From contig JAOUNI010000004.1 of the NCBI GenBank assembly GCA_029881035.1, forward strand, positions 7,924-71,923: a stretch of DNA of 64,000 bases, written 5' to 3'. The stretch is from Gammaproteobacteria bacterium. GTDB lineage: Bacteria; Pseudomonadota; Gammaproteobacteria; SZUA-229. Made by a program: the position numbers and the translations under genes. Under the pieces are notes generated by a model, which did no database searches, was not told where the DNA came from, and worked only from the letters and a program-made list of their open reading frames with translations. Shown in pieces: positions 20,391-29,722 of this stretch (position 1 is its first letter; each line of letters opens with the position of its first letter).

Positions 20391-21380
20391 ATGTATAACG
20401 TGTTGTTTAGGCCGAATTTTTGTTATAAAGACTCTGCGCTACTTGTAGCTCTGGTGGTTATTGTTTTTGTGCTGTTGTTTGGAAAGCTACCAGATAGCAA
20501 CCTGTTTTGGCGAGAGCTGCAGAATTCAGGTCACACTCTCCTGTTCATCCCGATAGCAGTATTTATTTTATTGCTGCTGCAAGATGCGAGTAAAGTTTTT
20601 TGGCAAAATCCATTTAAACTCTATATGGCAGCATGTCTTATCAGTTTATTGATAGGCATAATTATTGAGCTAATTCAGTTGATAATGAGCCGTGATGCCA
20701 GTTTAATAGATGTTGTGCGCGATTTGACAGGTATCATTGTAGGGCTTGGATTGCGTGCAAGTGTTGATCCTGAACTTCTAACATATAGAATGAAAGCAGG
20801 AAAAAAAATGGCAACTAGAATTGTTATGTTGTCCTTTTTTGTATTTGCAGTCAGCATGTCTCCACTGGCTTTAATATCAGCATCTTATCTGCAGCGAGAG
20901 ATTGCTTTCCCTGTTATTGTCGATTTGACGGCAAATTGGATGCAGCCTTTTCTCAGGTTAAACAATGCAGTGATAGATTTGCCGGAAAGTAGTGAAGAAA
21001 TTCGAATAGATAAAGAAGGTCAACTAACGCGTGTTGAGTTTAAGCGCGGAATCTATCCAGGTGTTTCAATTATTGAAACATTTCCTGACTGGTCAGCATA
21101 TAGGGTGCTTACAATAATAGTTTATTCGAAACTTATGCAGCCGTTTGAGCTTATTTTGAGAATTCATGATGATCAGCATAATGATGATTATTCTGATCGT
21201 TTCAATTCAGAGCTAGCTATTAATGAAGGCGTAAACTATTTTCATATTCTTTTGGAGGATATAGAGAAGGCGCCTTTAAATAGGGAGATGAATATGACGC
21301 AAATAAAAGGGGTAACATTGTTTTCAGCGCTGCCAGCTGATGGTCTGCAGTTTTATGTAGGTGCTATGCGTCTTGAATGA
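20391..21380 (+). CDS. VanZ-like membrane protein with a ~190-aa C-terminal domain of unknown function
   Basis: N-terminal TM helices carry VanZ-like conserved residues (GHTLLF ... IIELIQLIMSRDASLIDVVRDLTGIIVG). The C-terminal half has no recognisable motif. Confidence 0.45.
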   Translation: MYNVLFRPNFCYKDSALLVALVVIVFVLLFGKLPDSNLFWRELQNSGHTLLFIPIAVFILLLLQDASKVFWQNPFKLYMAACLISLLIGIIIELIQLIMSRDASLIDVVRDLTGIIVGLGLRASVDPELLTYRMKAGKKMATRIVMLSFFVFAVSMSPLALISASYLQREIAFPVIVDLTANWMQPFLRLNNAVIDLPESSEEIRIDKEGQLTRVEFKRGIYPGVSIIETFPDWSAYRVLTIIVYSKLMQPFELILRIHDDQHNDDYSDRFNSELAINEGVNYFHILLEDIEKAPLNREMNMTQIKGVTLFSALPADGLQFYVGAMRLE

Positions 21381-21430
21381 ATACAAAAATACCAATGTAA
21401 TGAACAAACAGTGGTTCACCAATTTAGTCA

Positions 21431-22720
21431 ATGGGATATAACATGTTAAAAATAGAAGATGCAAAAGTAGGGATTATTGGGTTAGGTTATGTCGGGCTTC
21501 CATTGGCCGTTGAGTTTGGCAAATTAATGCCAACGGTTGGTTTTGATATTAATACCGCACGTATTGCCGAGCTGAAATCTGGCAAAGACAGTACACTAGA
21601 GATGGATGCAATAGAGTTATCAGAATCGTTATATTTGAGCTACAGTGATCAGCTTGAGGAACTTAAGACGTGTAATGTTTACATTGTCACTGTGCCGACG
21701 CCTATTGATCGCTATAAGCGTCCAGATTTAACACCACTAGAGTCAGCCAGTAGAATGCTCGGCGAAGTAATAGGTGTGGATGATGTAACTATTTTTGAGT
21801 CAACCGTGTATCCTGGAGCAACCGAAGAAGTGTGTGTGCCTATCATAGAATCGGTATCTGGCCTTATATTCAATAAAGACTTTTATGTGGGTTACAGTCC
21901 AGAACGTATAAATCCGGGAGATAAAGAGCATCGCGTTTCTAACATTCTAAAAATAACATCAGGCTCAACACCGGAAGCTGCTGATTTTGTCGACACGTTG
22001 TATAAAAAAATCATAAAGGCCGGTACCTATAAAACCAGCAGTATTCGTGTGGCAGAAGCCGCTAAGGCCATAGAAAACACACAACGTGATGTAAATATAG
22101 CTCTGGTCAATGAGTTGGCACTGATATTTAACCGTCTGGATATAGATACCGCGGAGGTGCTGGAAGCCGCAGGCACAAAGTGGAATTTTCTGCCTTTCCG
22201 CCCAGGCCTGGTCGGTGGACATTGCATAGGTATTGATCCCTATTACCTCACGCATAAGGCGCAGGAAATTGGATATCATCCCGAAGTTATTCTGGCCGGA
22301 CGAAGGATTAATGACAGTATGGGCATCTACGTTGCTGGGCAAGTGTTAAAGACGATGAATAAAGCGCGGCTTCAGATTTGTGATGCGCGGGTGCTGATAA
22401 TGGGGTTGACGTTCAAAGAAAACTGCCCAGATATACGTAACACTCGCGTCATCGATGTGATTGACGAGCTGAAATTATCTAATACCATCGTTGATGTGTA
22501 TGATCCGTGGGTGGATCCAGCAGAAGTTGATCATGAGTATAATGTTAATCTTGTCGATGAGCCTGAGGCAGGTGTTTATGATGCTATTGTACTGGCGGTA
22601 GCGCATCAGCGGTTTCGAGACCTTGGGGTGGATGGGATACGTGCTTTTGGGAAACCTGAATGTATATTGTACGATGTCAAACATGTGCTGCCCGCGGTTG
22701 ATGTTGATGGTCGATTATAA
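21431..22720 (+). CDS. Nucleotide-sugar dehydrogenase (UDP-N-acetyl-D-glucosamine/mannosamine 6-dehydrogenase type, WbpA/TviB-like). The start may be 21443.
   Basis: N-terminal GxGYVG Rossmann motif ([11 protein letters not shown]) and the catalytic Cys block GGHCIGIDP typical of the UDP-glucose/GDP-mannose dehydrogenase family. Confidence 0.85.
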   Translation: MGYNMLKIEDAKVGIIGLGYVGLPLAVEFGKLMPTVGFDINTARIAELKSGKDSTLEMDAIELSESLYLSYSDQLEELKTCNVYIVTVPTPIDRYKRPDLTPLESASRMLGEVIGVDDVTIFESTVYPGATEEVCVPIIESVSGLIFNKDFYVGYSPERINPGDKEHRVSNILKITSGSTPEAADFVDTLYKKIIKAGTYKTSSIRVAEAAKAIENTQRDVNIALVNELALIFNRLDIDTAEVLEAAGTKWNFLPFRPGLVGGHCIGIDPYYLTHKAQEIGYHPEVILAGRRINDSMGIYVAGQVLKTMNKARLQICDARVLIMGLTFKENCPDIRNTRVIDVIDELKLSNTIVDVYDPWVDPAEVDHEYNVNLVDEPEAGVYDAIVLAVAHQRFRDLGVDGIRAFGKPECILYDVKHVLPAVDVDGRL

Positions 22721-22916
22721 AAATGGCTTCAATTATCTAGTTGATATAATAGCTAGTAATATTACACCTACAAAATATAAGAATATGTTGTGATACTAAA
22801 TTTCTTTCTAATCAGTTAATATCATATATTGTTCACAATAGATTTAACTTAATAAGCTCTCGCCATTGCCAGTGGTGGGCTGCTATCAATAGATAGAAGT
22901 ACTTCAGGGACAGTTC

Positions 22917-24338
22917 ATGGGAACAGTTAGATTTTTCCGCCATTCTACCCGGTTGTTTCGTTATCACGTTCCTACCGAATTCGTGCTGCTTGCATTCATT
23001 GAATTTTTAGCTTTAATGTTGTCGCTCTATCTAGCACTCGAACTACGCTTTTTGGGTGACGATTGGGAGAGATCCATCGGCGCATTTTTGCCCAGAGCCT
23101 TTTTGTATGCTGTGGTAATGCAATTGAGTCTGGTGGCATTTGGGGTATATCAGCGGCAGGCGGGGCGATTTTTTGAAGCCCTGATATTACGTATTGCTAG
23201 CGGATTATTACTGGGATTGATCCCACTAGGCGTTAGTTTTTATTTTGCGCCTACGTTGTTCCTTGGTCGTGGCGTAATAGCGCTTACAGTACTTATTAGT
23301 TTTATCTTCATTTCCCTCATTCGCCTGTACTTTAGAAGAGTCGTTAAAGAACGCAACATGTGGTCACGGGTTCTGGTGCTTGGTTCAGGTGAAAATGCTA
23401 ATTTGGTGAGAAAGGCGCAGAAGGAAGGGGAGTTGAAAGGACTTAATATTGTTGGTTATGTATCGCTGCCAGGAGACAAGCTATGTGAGCTTGAAACAGA
23501 ATGCATTACGTTGGATAAACAACTGGTGCAATATGTTCAGGAGAAAGATATTGATGAAATTGTGCTGGCAATGGATGATCGTCGAACCGCAGAAATCCCG
23601 CCCAGAGACCTGCTTGACTGCAAAATGAGCGGCATAGATATACTCGACATGGTTACCTTTTTTGAAAGAAGAACAGGAAAAATTCGGCTTGATATGATGA
23701 GTCCAAGCTGGTTGTATCTTTCTGATGGCTTTTATGAGAGTACATTCCGAAGTTTAGGTAAGCGTATTTTTGATGTAGCGATCGTGTTGACTTTTCTTCC
23801 TGTGGCGCTGCCTTTGATGCTGCTGGTATCGATAGCTGTTTTTGTTGAAAGTCATGGGAGAGGATCTATAATTTATAGTCAAACACGTGTTAAACAGCAT
23901 GGTGAGCCCTTTCAGATTTACAAGTTTCGTAGCATGGTCAGTGATGCAGAAAAGGATGGTGTTGCACGTTGGGCTTCTAAGAATGATGTACGCATTACTC
24001 GTGTGGGTTCAATACTACGTAAGGGAAGGCTGGATGAATTACCCCAGCTTTTTAATGTACTAAAGGGAGATATGAGCTTTGTAGGGCCTCGACCCGAACG
24101 CCCGGAATTCGTTGAAAAATTAGCTGAAAAAATACCCTATTACGAAGAGCGACACCGAGTGAAGCCAGGGCTAACCGGCTGGGCGCAAATTTCTTACGCT
24201 TACGGCGATACAGAAAAAGATAGCCTTGAGAAGCTGCAATATGATCTTTATTATGTAAAAAATTACAGTATCTTCCTTGATTTGTTGATTTTATTGCAAA
24301 CGGTTGAAGTGGTCATGCTGGGTAAGGGTGCACAATAA
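22917..24338 (+). CDS. Polyprenyl-phosphate glycosyl-1-phosphate transferase (EpsB/WbaP-like priming sugar transferase)
   Basis: N-terminal TM helices and a central CoA-binding-like domain, followed by the bacterial sugar transferase C-terminal domain (KFRSM ... DELPQLFNVLKGDMSFVGPRPE). Confidence 0.8.
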   Translation: MGTVRFFRHSTRLFRYHVPTEFVLLAFIEFLALMLSLYLALELRFLGDDWERSIGAFLPRAFLYAVVMQLSLVAFGVYQRQAGRFFEALILRIASGLLLGLIPLGVSFYFAPTLFLGRGVIALTVLISFIFISLIRLYFRRVVKERNMWSRVLVLGSGENANLVRKAQKEGELKGLNIVGYVSLPGDKLCELETECITLDKQLVQYVQEKDIDEIVLAMDDRRTAEIPPRDLLDCKMSGIDILDMVTFFERRTGKIRLDMMSPSWLYLSDGFYESTFRSLGKRIFDVAIVLTFLPVALPLMLLVSIAVFVESHGRGSIIYSQTRVKQHGEPFQIYKFRSMVSDAEKDGVARWASKNDVRITRVGSILRKGRLDELPQLFNVLKGDMSFVGPRPERPEFVEKLAEKIPYYEERHRVKPGLTGWAQISYAYGDTEKDSLEKLQYDLYYVKNYSIFLDLLILLQTVEVVMLGKGAQ

Positions 24339-24462
24339 CTAGTTATATTTATTATTGATCGGTGTAGAATCAATCAATATAATTTGAGTTGAAAGGCTAT
24401 GTTTTGTATGCAAGTATTTTGATATGAGACAGAAGTTTGATGCATATCAGTAGATAGAGGGG

Positions 24463-24864
24463 TTGCGGATGATGTTTCGGAATTTTGTGAGAACGGGTTA
24501 TACAAAAAGTCTGGTTGTCATATTTGTGGCGCAGCTGTCTGCTTGTGGGGGTGGAGGTGGTGATTCTGCGCCTCCTGCTTCGACCCTACCTGGCCAAGCA
24601 TCTGTGACCTGGGCAAAGCCTGCGTTCAGAGAAGATGGCACTGATTTACCCGTAGGTGAAATTGGAGGCTACCGCGTTTATTATGGCACTACACCAGGAG
24701 ATTACCAAAGGGAAATTGAAATTCCTAGTGACGGTACGGCTAATGGGATGGTTACTGTGAAGAACCTTCCTGTAGGAAATACCTACTATTTTGTTGTTAC
24801 TACTTACGATACAGAAGGACGTGAAAGTTTGTATTCATCACCAGAGGTTGAAATAAAGATTTAA
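24463..24864 (+). CDS. Small lipoprotein with a Gly-rich linker and a beta-rich (fibronectin-III-like) domain
   Basis: The lipobox LSAC is followed by GGGGGD and a beta-strand-rich ~90-aa domain. It is convergent with the PEP-CTERM gene. Confidence 0.5.
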   Translation: MRMMFRNFVRTGYTKSLVVIFVAQLSACGGGGGDSAPPASTLPGQASVTWAKPAFREDGTDLPVGEIGGYRVYYGTTPGDYQREIEIPSDGTANGMVTVKNLPVGNTYYFVVTTYDTEGRESLYSSPEVEIKI

Positions 24865-24894
24865 CAGCAAGCAGAAGAGTTATTTTTGGTAATA

Positions 24895-24923
24895 AAAAAC
24901 CCGCTATTAAGGCGGGTTTTTTA
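24895..24923. terminator. Bidirectional rho-independent terminator
   Basis: Hairpin CCCGC-tattaag-GCGGG is flanked by an A-run on one side and a T-run on the other. It lies between convergent genes. Confidence 0.6.
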
Positions 24924-24942
24924 TTATGTGACTATTTAATTA

Positions 24943-25686
24943 TCAGCTAGTCTTCATGAGTTTACGTAGGCTCAATCCAATAAGGCCTGCACCTAACAAG
25001 GCCAAAATGCCTGGTTCTGGAATAGTCCACTCTGCATCGTGTGAATAAGGTGCCACGCTATTAACAAGAAATTTATTTGTAGTTAAATTTGTCGGATCCC
25101 ACTGGGCGCCAGTAACAGTAAACAGGTCAAAATGGAGTCCTACTACATCTTCAAGTATTGAATTTATGGTTATGTCGAAAGACTCAGTATATCCGGAGCC
25201 TGTGTCTGTATTTCCGGGTTCCGTATTCCCAATAGTGCTGATAGCGCCATCGAACTGGAATTCATAGATTTCAAAATAGGTGTCAAAAATTGAATGTGAA
25301 GCGATGCTATTGGGGTCTTGAACCGGTGGGGTGCCGTATCCAGAGCTTACCAGTGAGGCACCACTAATTGAAATATCGAATCCATCAATATTGCCTATAT
25401 CAGGCATAGTAGCCACTGTCAGGTATGCATAACGACTACTGGCGCCAGCACTGTCCCAGGCAAAAGAGCCTTTAGGGTTAGTGCAGCCTGTTGCACCTGA
25501 TTCACAGTTAGCATATGCAAACAGCTCAAAGGTATTCGTACCTGAAACAACCCATGTGTCAGGTGTGCCACCACTGTAGTTCCAGTTAGCTGAACCGTCG
25601 CCGCCAAGCTGCAGACTCGGCAAAGCGTTAACAGTCACAGCACAAGTTGAAAATATAGATATTAATAATAATTGTAATAACTTCAT
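24943..25686 (-). CDS. PEP-CTERM sorting-domain protein (secreted)
   Basis: Signal peptide is present. The C-terminus IPEPGILALLGAGLIGLSLRKLMKTS matches the PEP motif + TM helix + basic tail of the PEP-CTERM signal. Confidence 0.85.
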   Translation of the reverse strand: MKLLQLLLISIFSTCAVTVNALPSLQLGGDGSANWNYSGGTPDTWVVSGTNTFELFAYANCESGATGCTNPKGSFAWDSAGASSRYAYLTVATMPDIGNIDGFDISISGASLVSSGYGTPPVQDPNSIASHSIFDTYFEIYEFQFDGAISTIGNTEPGNTDTGSGYTESFDITINSILEDVVGLHFDLFTVTGAQWDPTNLTTNKFLVNSVAPYSHDAEWTIPEPGILALLGAGLIGLSLRKLMKTS

Positions 25687-25758
25687 GTCAAATCTCCTAT
25701 ATAAGTCTCAGTTGAAACGTCATTGAAAGCACGTTCAAGTATTCTTACTTAATTGAAA

Positions 25759-25773
25759 GCAATATATATGCCA
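25759..25773 (-). promoter_or_regulatory. Sigma-54 promoter for the PEP-CTERM gene 24943..25686
   Basis: Minus strand reads TGGCATA-TATA-TTGC with correct GG-N10-GC spacing. It is ~73 nt upstream of the ATG. Confidence 0.5.
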
Positions 25774-25889
25774 ATCATAGTTATAAAAAAAGATTACTGA
25801 TAATTATGTTTATTTTCAATAGATTATATTTATTTGTCTTGTAAGAGCAAAATCTTTTTTATCAAGATTAGAGAGGTTTTATTTAAAAT

Positions 25890-25906
25890 TGTAAATATTA
25901 GTGACA
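25890..25906 (+). promoter_or_regulatory. Candidate enhancer or PEP-CTERM-box motif copy A (TGTAAATATTAGTGACA)
   Basis: One of five related 17-mers found only upstream of PEP-CTERM gene promoters in this window. It is 117-133 bp upstream of the -24 element. Confidence 0.4.
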
Positions 25907-26176
25907 GGCTCAGCGGGCTTTATGCAGATAATTAAAAAATGAGAGTTAATAGTTTATGTCTATATTGAAAAATAAATGCGATAAAACAAGTTGTTATGTG
26001 TGTATTGTATGGGACAAATAGGTTTCTAAAGTTAGTCAGTTAGTTGATAGTATTTTATACATTAGATTATGAATTATTTACATAAGATGGATGGATAGAA
26101 GAGCTAATTAGTTCTATATCAATCAATATGTTATTGATGAATATATTGCAAATAGGTTCAAGTTTATTAGTAAAAC

Positions 26177-26193
26177 TGTAAATAATAGTGACA
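26177..26193 (+). promoter_or_regulatory. Candidate enhancer or PEP-CTERM-box motif copy B (TGTAAATAATAGTGACA)
   Basis: 16 of 17 positions are identical to copy A. It lies in the same AT-rich intergenic region between the PEP-CTERM gene and prsK. Confidence 0.35.
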
Positions 26194-26254
26194 CAAGATG
26201 TTAATGCTGCTATACAAGGATACATACTGTTAATTTGGATATAAATAAAAAATC

Positions 26255-28297
26255 ATGAACATGGGTTTGTATAGTTATCTTGGTGCCGCTATCGCCTACG
26301 GTTTTTTTACGCTGTTATTGTTTTTTAGTTGGCGAGGTAGTCTACAGGGTAAGTTGCTTACCATCGTTATCACAATCAGCACAATTTGGGCCGTTTTGGC
26401 AGTTGAAATTGCAATAGAAAATACCGATCAGGTGCAGATCTATCAGGTTTTTGAGGTCATGCGTTATATGGCCTGGTATATTTTTCTGCTTAAGTTATTT
26501 GATGTAGCTGTATCTCATGGAAGCGGTTACCAGAGATTCATAAGGTGGGCCTTGCCACTGAGTGTGTGTTTTGCTGTATTGGTTATGTTGAGTGAAACAT
26601 ATGTGGAACCAGGTCTTTCTGTTCTGAGTATTACTGGCCATGTGATCATGGCTCTTATTGGCCTGGCAATAATTGAGCAATTGTTTCGTAATACGTCGGT
26701 GCGACATCGATGGGCTATTAAATATCTATTTATAGGCGCGGGTTTTATATTTGCGTTTGATTTTTATTTTTATACAGATGCTTTGCTGTTTCGTGGTATT
26801 GATGCTGATCTGTGGGAAGCTCGGGGCATCATCAATGTGGTAGTAGTCCCTCTTTTGGCAATTTCAGCAGTTCGAAATAAAAGCTGGTCACTAAATATTT
26901 TTGTTTCTCGGGACATTGTCCTAAATACTACGGCAATTTTTGTTGGTGGTGTGTATTTACTGGTGATGGCGGGTGCTGGATATTATCTAAGAGAGTTCGG
27001 AGGAAGTTGGAGCAGAATAGGACAAGTATTGATCATATCTTTGTCAGTAGTACTGCTTGCATCAGTACTATCTTCAAGTATGTTGCGCGCAAAAATTAAA
27101 GTTTTTTTAAGCAAACATTTTTATAAAAATAAGTATGATTACCGTATTGAATGGCTGGGTTTGACTGAGAAGCTGAGTAGTAAGGCACAGAGTAAGGAGC
27201 GTTATAAGGTTGTAATTGAGGCTCTCGCTAATATTATTGATGCACGTGCAGGTTTGCTTTGGATAAGTGATGGCAAGGACGGATATAAAAATGTAGCTGC
27301 CTGGCAGACAATTTTAATCGATGAGGTCGAGCCAGTTAACGGTTCACTGGTTAGTTTTTTCCAGAGTAAGGGGTTCATTATTAACATTAGTGAGCTTGAT
27401 TTACACCCGGATGAATATGAAGGCTTAGTGTTACCTGAATGGTTGGCAGGAGTGAGGCAACCATGGCTGGTATTACCGCTACAGGGTCTGGAATCATTAA
27501 TGGGTTTTATTGTGTTGGCTAATCCATTGATAATTAGGCCAATTAACTGGGAAGATCGAGATTTGTTGATGACAGTAGGTAAACAGGTTTCCAGTTACCT
27601 GACGGTGTTAATGACATCCGATGAACTGGCGGAAGCTAAGCAGTTTGAAGTGTTTACCCGTTTATCAGCATACATGGTGCACGATTTAAAAAATGTTGTT
27701 TCTGAACTTGAAATGATATCAAGCAATTCTAAAAAACACATGGGCAATCCGGAGTTTATTGAGGATGCTTTTGATACGGTTGAAAATGCTGCAGGAGATA
27801 TAAAACGATTGCTGGAGCAATTACGAAATAAACAGGCTCAAGTAGAGAAAAAAAGTATTATTAATTTAGCTGTGTTGCTGCAGGAAGTCGTTAATAATAA
27901 ACAGGGTAAGTATCCACAGCCACATCTTAAGATAGCGTGTGAAACATGTGCTGTAGCGGTAGAGAAAAATCGGCTGATAAATGTACTGGCACATTTGATA
28001 GATAATGCACAGCAGGCCACTGAAGATGATGGTTATATTGATGTAACGGTATTGAATAATGAAACAATGTGTATTGTTGAAATAAAAGATAATGGTCATG
28101 GCATGGACGCAGACTTTATCAGAGATCGACTGTTTAAGCCTTTTGATACGACCAAAGGTAATGCAGGAATGGGAATAGGAATGTATGAAAGCAAGGAGTA
28201 CATGCAGCAACTCGGAGGTGATATACGTGTTAAGAGTGAAGCAGGAAAAGGGACTACAATTTCACTATATATTCCTGCAGACACTGAAGGGAAATAG
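26255..28297 (+). CDS. prsK: XrtA/PEP-CTERM system histidine kinase PrsK
   Basis: Multi-TM N-terminus and a central GAF-like domain. It carries a HisKA H-box (MVHDLKN) and HATPase_c N/G1/G2 boxes (DNAQQAT, DNGHGMD, GNAGMGIGMY). prsR lies immediately downstream. Confidence 0.85.
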   Translation: MNMGLYSYLGAAIAYGFFTLLLFFSWRGSLQGKLLTIVITISTIWAVLAVEIAIENTDQVQIYQVFEVMRYMAWYIFLLKLFDVAVSHGSGYQRFIRWALPLSVCFAVLVMLSETYVEPGLSVLSITGHVIMALIGLAIIEQLFRNTSVRHRWAIKYLFIGAGFIFAFDFYFYTDALLFRGIDADLWEARGIINVVVVPLLAISAVRNKSWSLNIFVSRDIVLNTTAIFVGGVYLLVMAGAGYYLREFGGSWSRIGQVLIISLSVVLLASVLSSSMLRAKIKVFLSKHFYKNKYDYRIEWLGLTEKLSSKAQSKERYKVVIEALANIIDARAGLLWISDGKDGYKNVAAWQTILIDEVEPVNGSLVSFFQSKGFIINISELDLHPDEYEGLVLPEWLAGVRQPWLVLPLQGLESLMGFIVLANPLIIRPINWEDRDLLMTVGKQVSSYLTVLMTSDELAEAKQFEVFTRLSAYMVHDLKNVVSELEMISSNSKKHMGNPEFIEDAFDTVENAAGDIKRLLEQLRNKQAQVEKKSIINLAVLLQEVVNNKQGKYPQPHLKIACETCAVAVEKNRLINVLAHLIDNAQQATEDDGYIDVTVLNNETMCIVEIKDNGHGMDADFIRDRLFKPFDTTKGNAGMGIGMYESKEYMQQLGGDIRVKSEAGKGTTISLYIPADTEGK

Positions 28298-28357
28298 ATG
28301 GTTGCAGGCATTTAATCTCAACTTAATTTGATAGTTTTAAGGATTTAAATTTCAGTT

Positions 28358-29722
28358 ATGACGGACAAAAAATTAAAGCCACTGATAGTGGTTGAAGATA
28401 ATCCAGGTATACAGAAGCAGCTTAAGTGGGCTTTTGAAGGCTATCAGGTATATATCGCGGGTGACAGGGCTTCAGCTGTGAAGTTGCTAAAGCAGCACAA
28501 GTCACCAGTGGTAACGTTAGATTTAGGATTGCCACCCGATCCGGCGAATGCCAGTGAGGGCCTGACTGCACTTGATGAAATTCTCAACATTGCACCACAT
28601 ACAAAAGTGATTGTAGTAACAGGCAATGATGATAGACAGAATGCTTTGAGGGCAATTGCACTGGGTGCGTATGATTTTTATCAAAAGCCTGTTGATCCTG
28701 AAATGCTTAGTTTGATAGTGGACCGGGCTTATAGATTGTATGAACTAGAAGAAGAAAACCGACAATTAGTTACGCAAGGTTCAGTTTCTGCATTGGATGG
28801 AATTATTGGTGCAAGTCAAAAAATGCTTGCTGCCTGTCGTATGGTAGAAAAAGTGGGGCCTTCAGAGGCTACTGCACTAGTGATCGGTGAAAGTGGCACA
28901 GGTAAAGAGTTGATTGCGAGAGCGCTACATCAGTTGAGTCCACGTGCCAAGGGCACATTTGTTGCTCTGAATTGTGCGGCCATTCCAGATAATCTACTCG
29001 AAAGTGAACTATTTGGTTACGAAAAAGGTGCTTTTACAGGCGCAGTGAAACAGACGCCTGGCAGGATTGAAGTGGCAAATGGAGGCACGATTTTTCTTGA
29101 TGAGATTGGTGATATGCCTATGCCGCTACAGGCTAAGATGCTGCGTTTTTTGCAGGAGCGTGTTATTGAACGTATTGGTGGTCGCGACACAATAGCAGTC
29201 GATGTGCGGATAATTTGTGCAACACATCGCAATTTAGGACAGTCAATAGAAGAGGGGTTATTTCGGGAAGATTTGTATTACCGCATTAGTGAAATTACAA
29301 TTGAAGCGCCACCATTGAGAGAACGTGAAAGCGATAAACTTTTGCTGGCACAAACTTTTCTGGACAAATTTAGCCAGAGTAGTGGCCGAAGTTTTCGCGG
29401 TTTTACGGATGGCGCAAGAGAGCAGATAGAAGCCTATGCGTGGCCCGGTAATGTGCGTGAACTGGAGAATAAAATAAAAAGAGCTGTAGTGTTGGCCGAG
29501 GGTAAAAGAATCTCTTCAGAGGATCTAGGTTTTGTTGAAAGAATTAAACCTTTGTCACTTGATCTTCGTGAGGCCAGAGAAGATGCTGAGCGTCAGGTTA
29601 TACAGCGTGCATTGGAGATACACGGAAATAATGTAACACACGCATCAGAATCCATGGGCATCAGTCGCCCATCTTTATATAAACTGGTTAAAAAATTAGG
29701 GATGCCGGAGCCGGGAAAATAG
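28358..29722 (+). CDS. prsR: PEP-CTERM-box response regulator PrsR (sigma-54-dependent, NtrC family)
   Basis: Receiver domain (phospho-accepting Asp in VVTLDLG), AAA+ sigma-54 domain ([24 protein letters not shown]), and a C-terminal Fis-type HTH. Confidence 0.85.
   Translation: MTDKKLKPLIVVEDNPGIQKQLKWAFEGYQVYIAGDRASAVKLLKQHKSPVVTLDLGLPPDPANASEGLTALDEILNIAPHTKVIVVTGNDDRQNALRAIALGAYDFYQKPVDPEMLSLIVDRAYRLYELEEENRQLVTQGSVSALDGIIGASQKMLAACRMVEKVGPSEATALVIGESGTGKELIARALHQLSPRAKGTFVALNCAAIPDNLLESELFGYEKGAFTGAVKQTPGRIEVANGGTIFLDEIGDMPMPLQAKMLRFLQERVIERIGGRDTIAVDVRIICATHRNLGQSIEEGLFREDLYYRISEITIEAPPLRERESDKLLLAQTFLDKFSQSSGRSFRGFTDGAREQIEAYAWPGNVRELENKIKRAVVLAEGKRISSEDLGFVERIKPLSLDLREAREDAERQVIQRALEIHGNNVTHASESMGISRPSLYKLVKKLGMPEPGK

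Noticed and set aside
21965-22342. 125-aa minus-strand ORF
   Set aside because: It is internal and antisense to the well-supported nucleotide-sugar dehydrogenase gene.
25687-26254. Possibility of a CRISPR array or mobile element in the 570-bp AT-rich gap
   Set aside because: There are no regularly spaced direct repeats, terminal inverted repeats or transposase-like ORFs. The region is better explained as a sigma-54 promoter plus enhancer region.
27866-28210. 114-aa minus-strand ORF inside prsK
   Set aside because: It is antisense to the HATPase domain of the histidine kinase, and its translation is Ile/Phe/Tyr-rich AT-rich noise.
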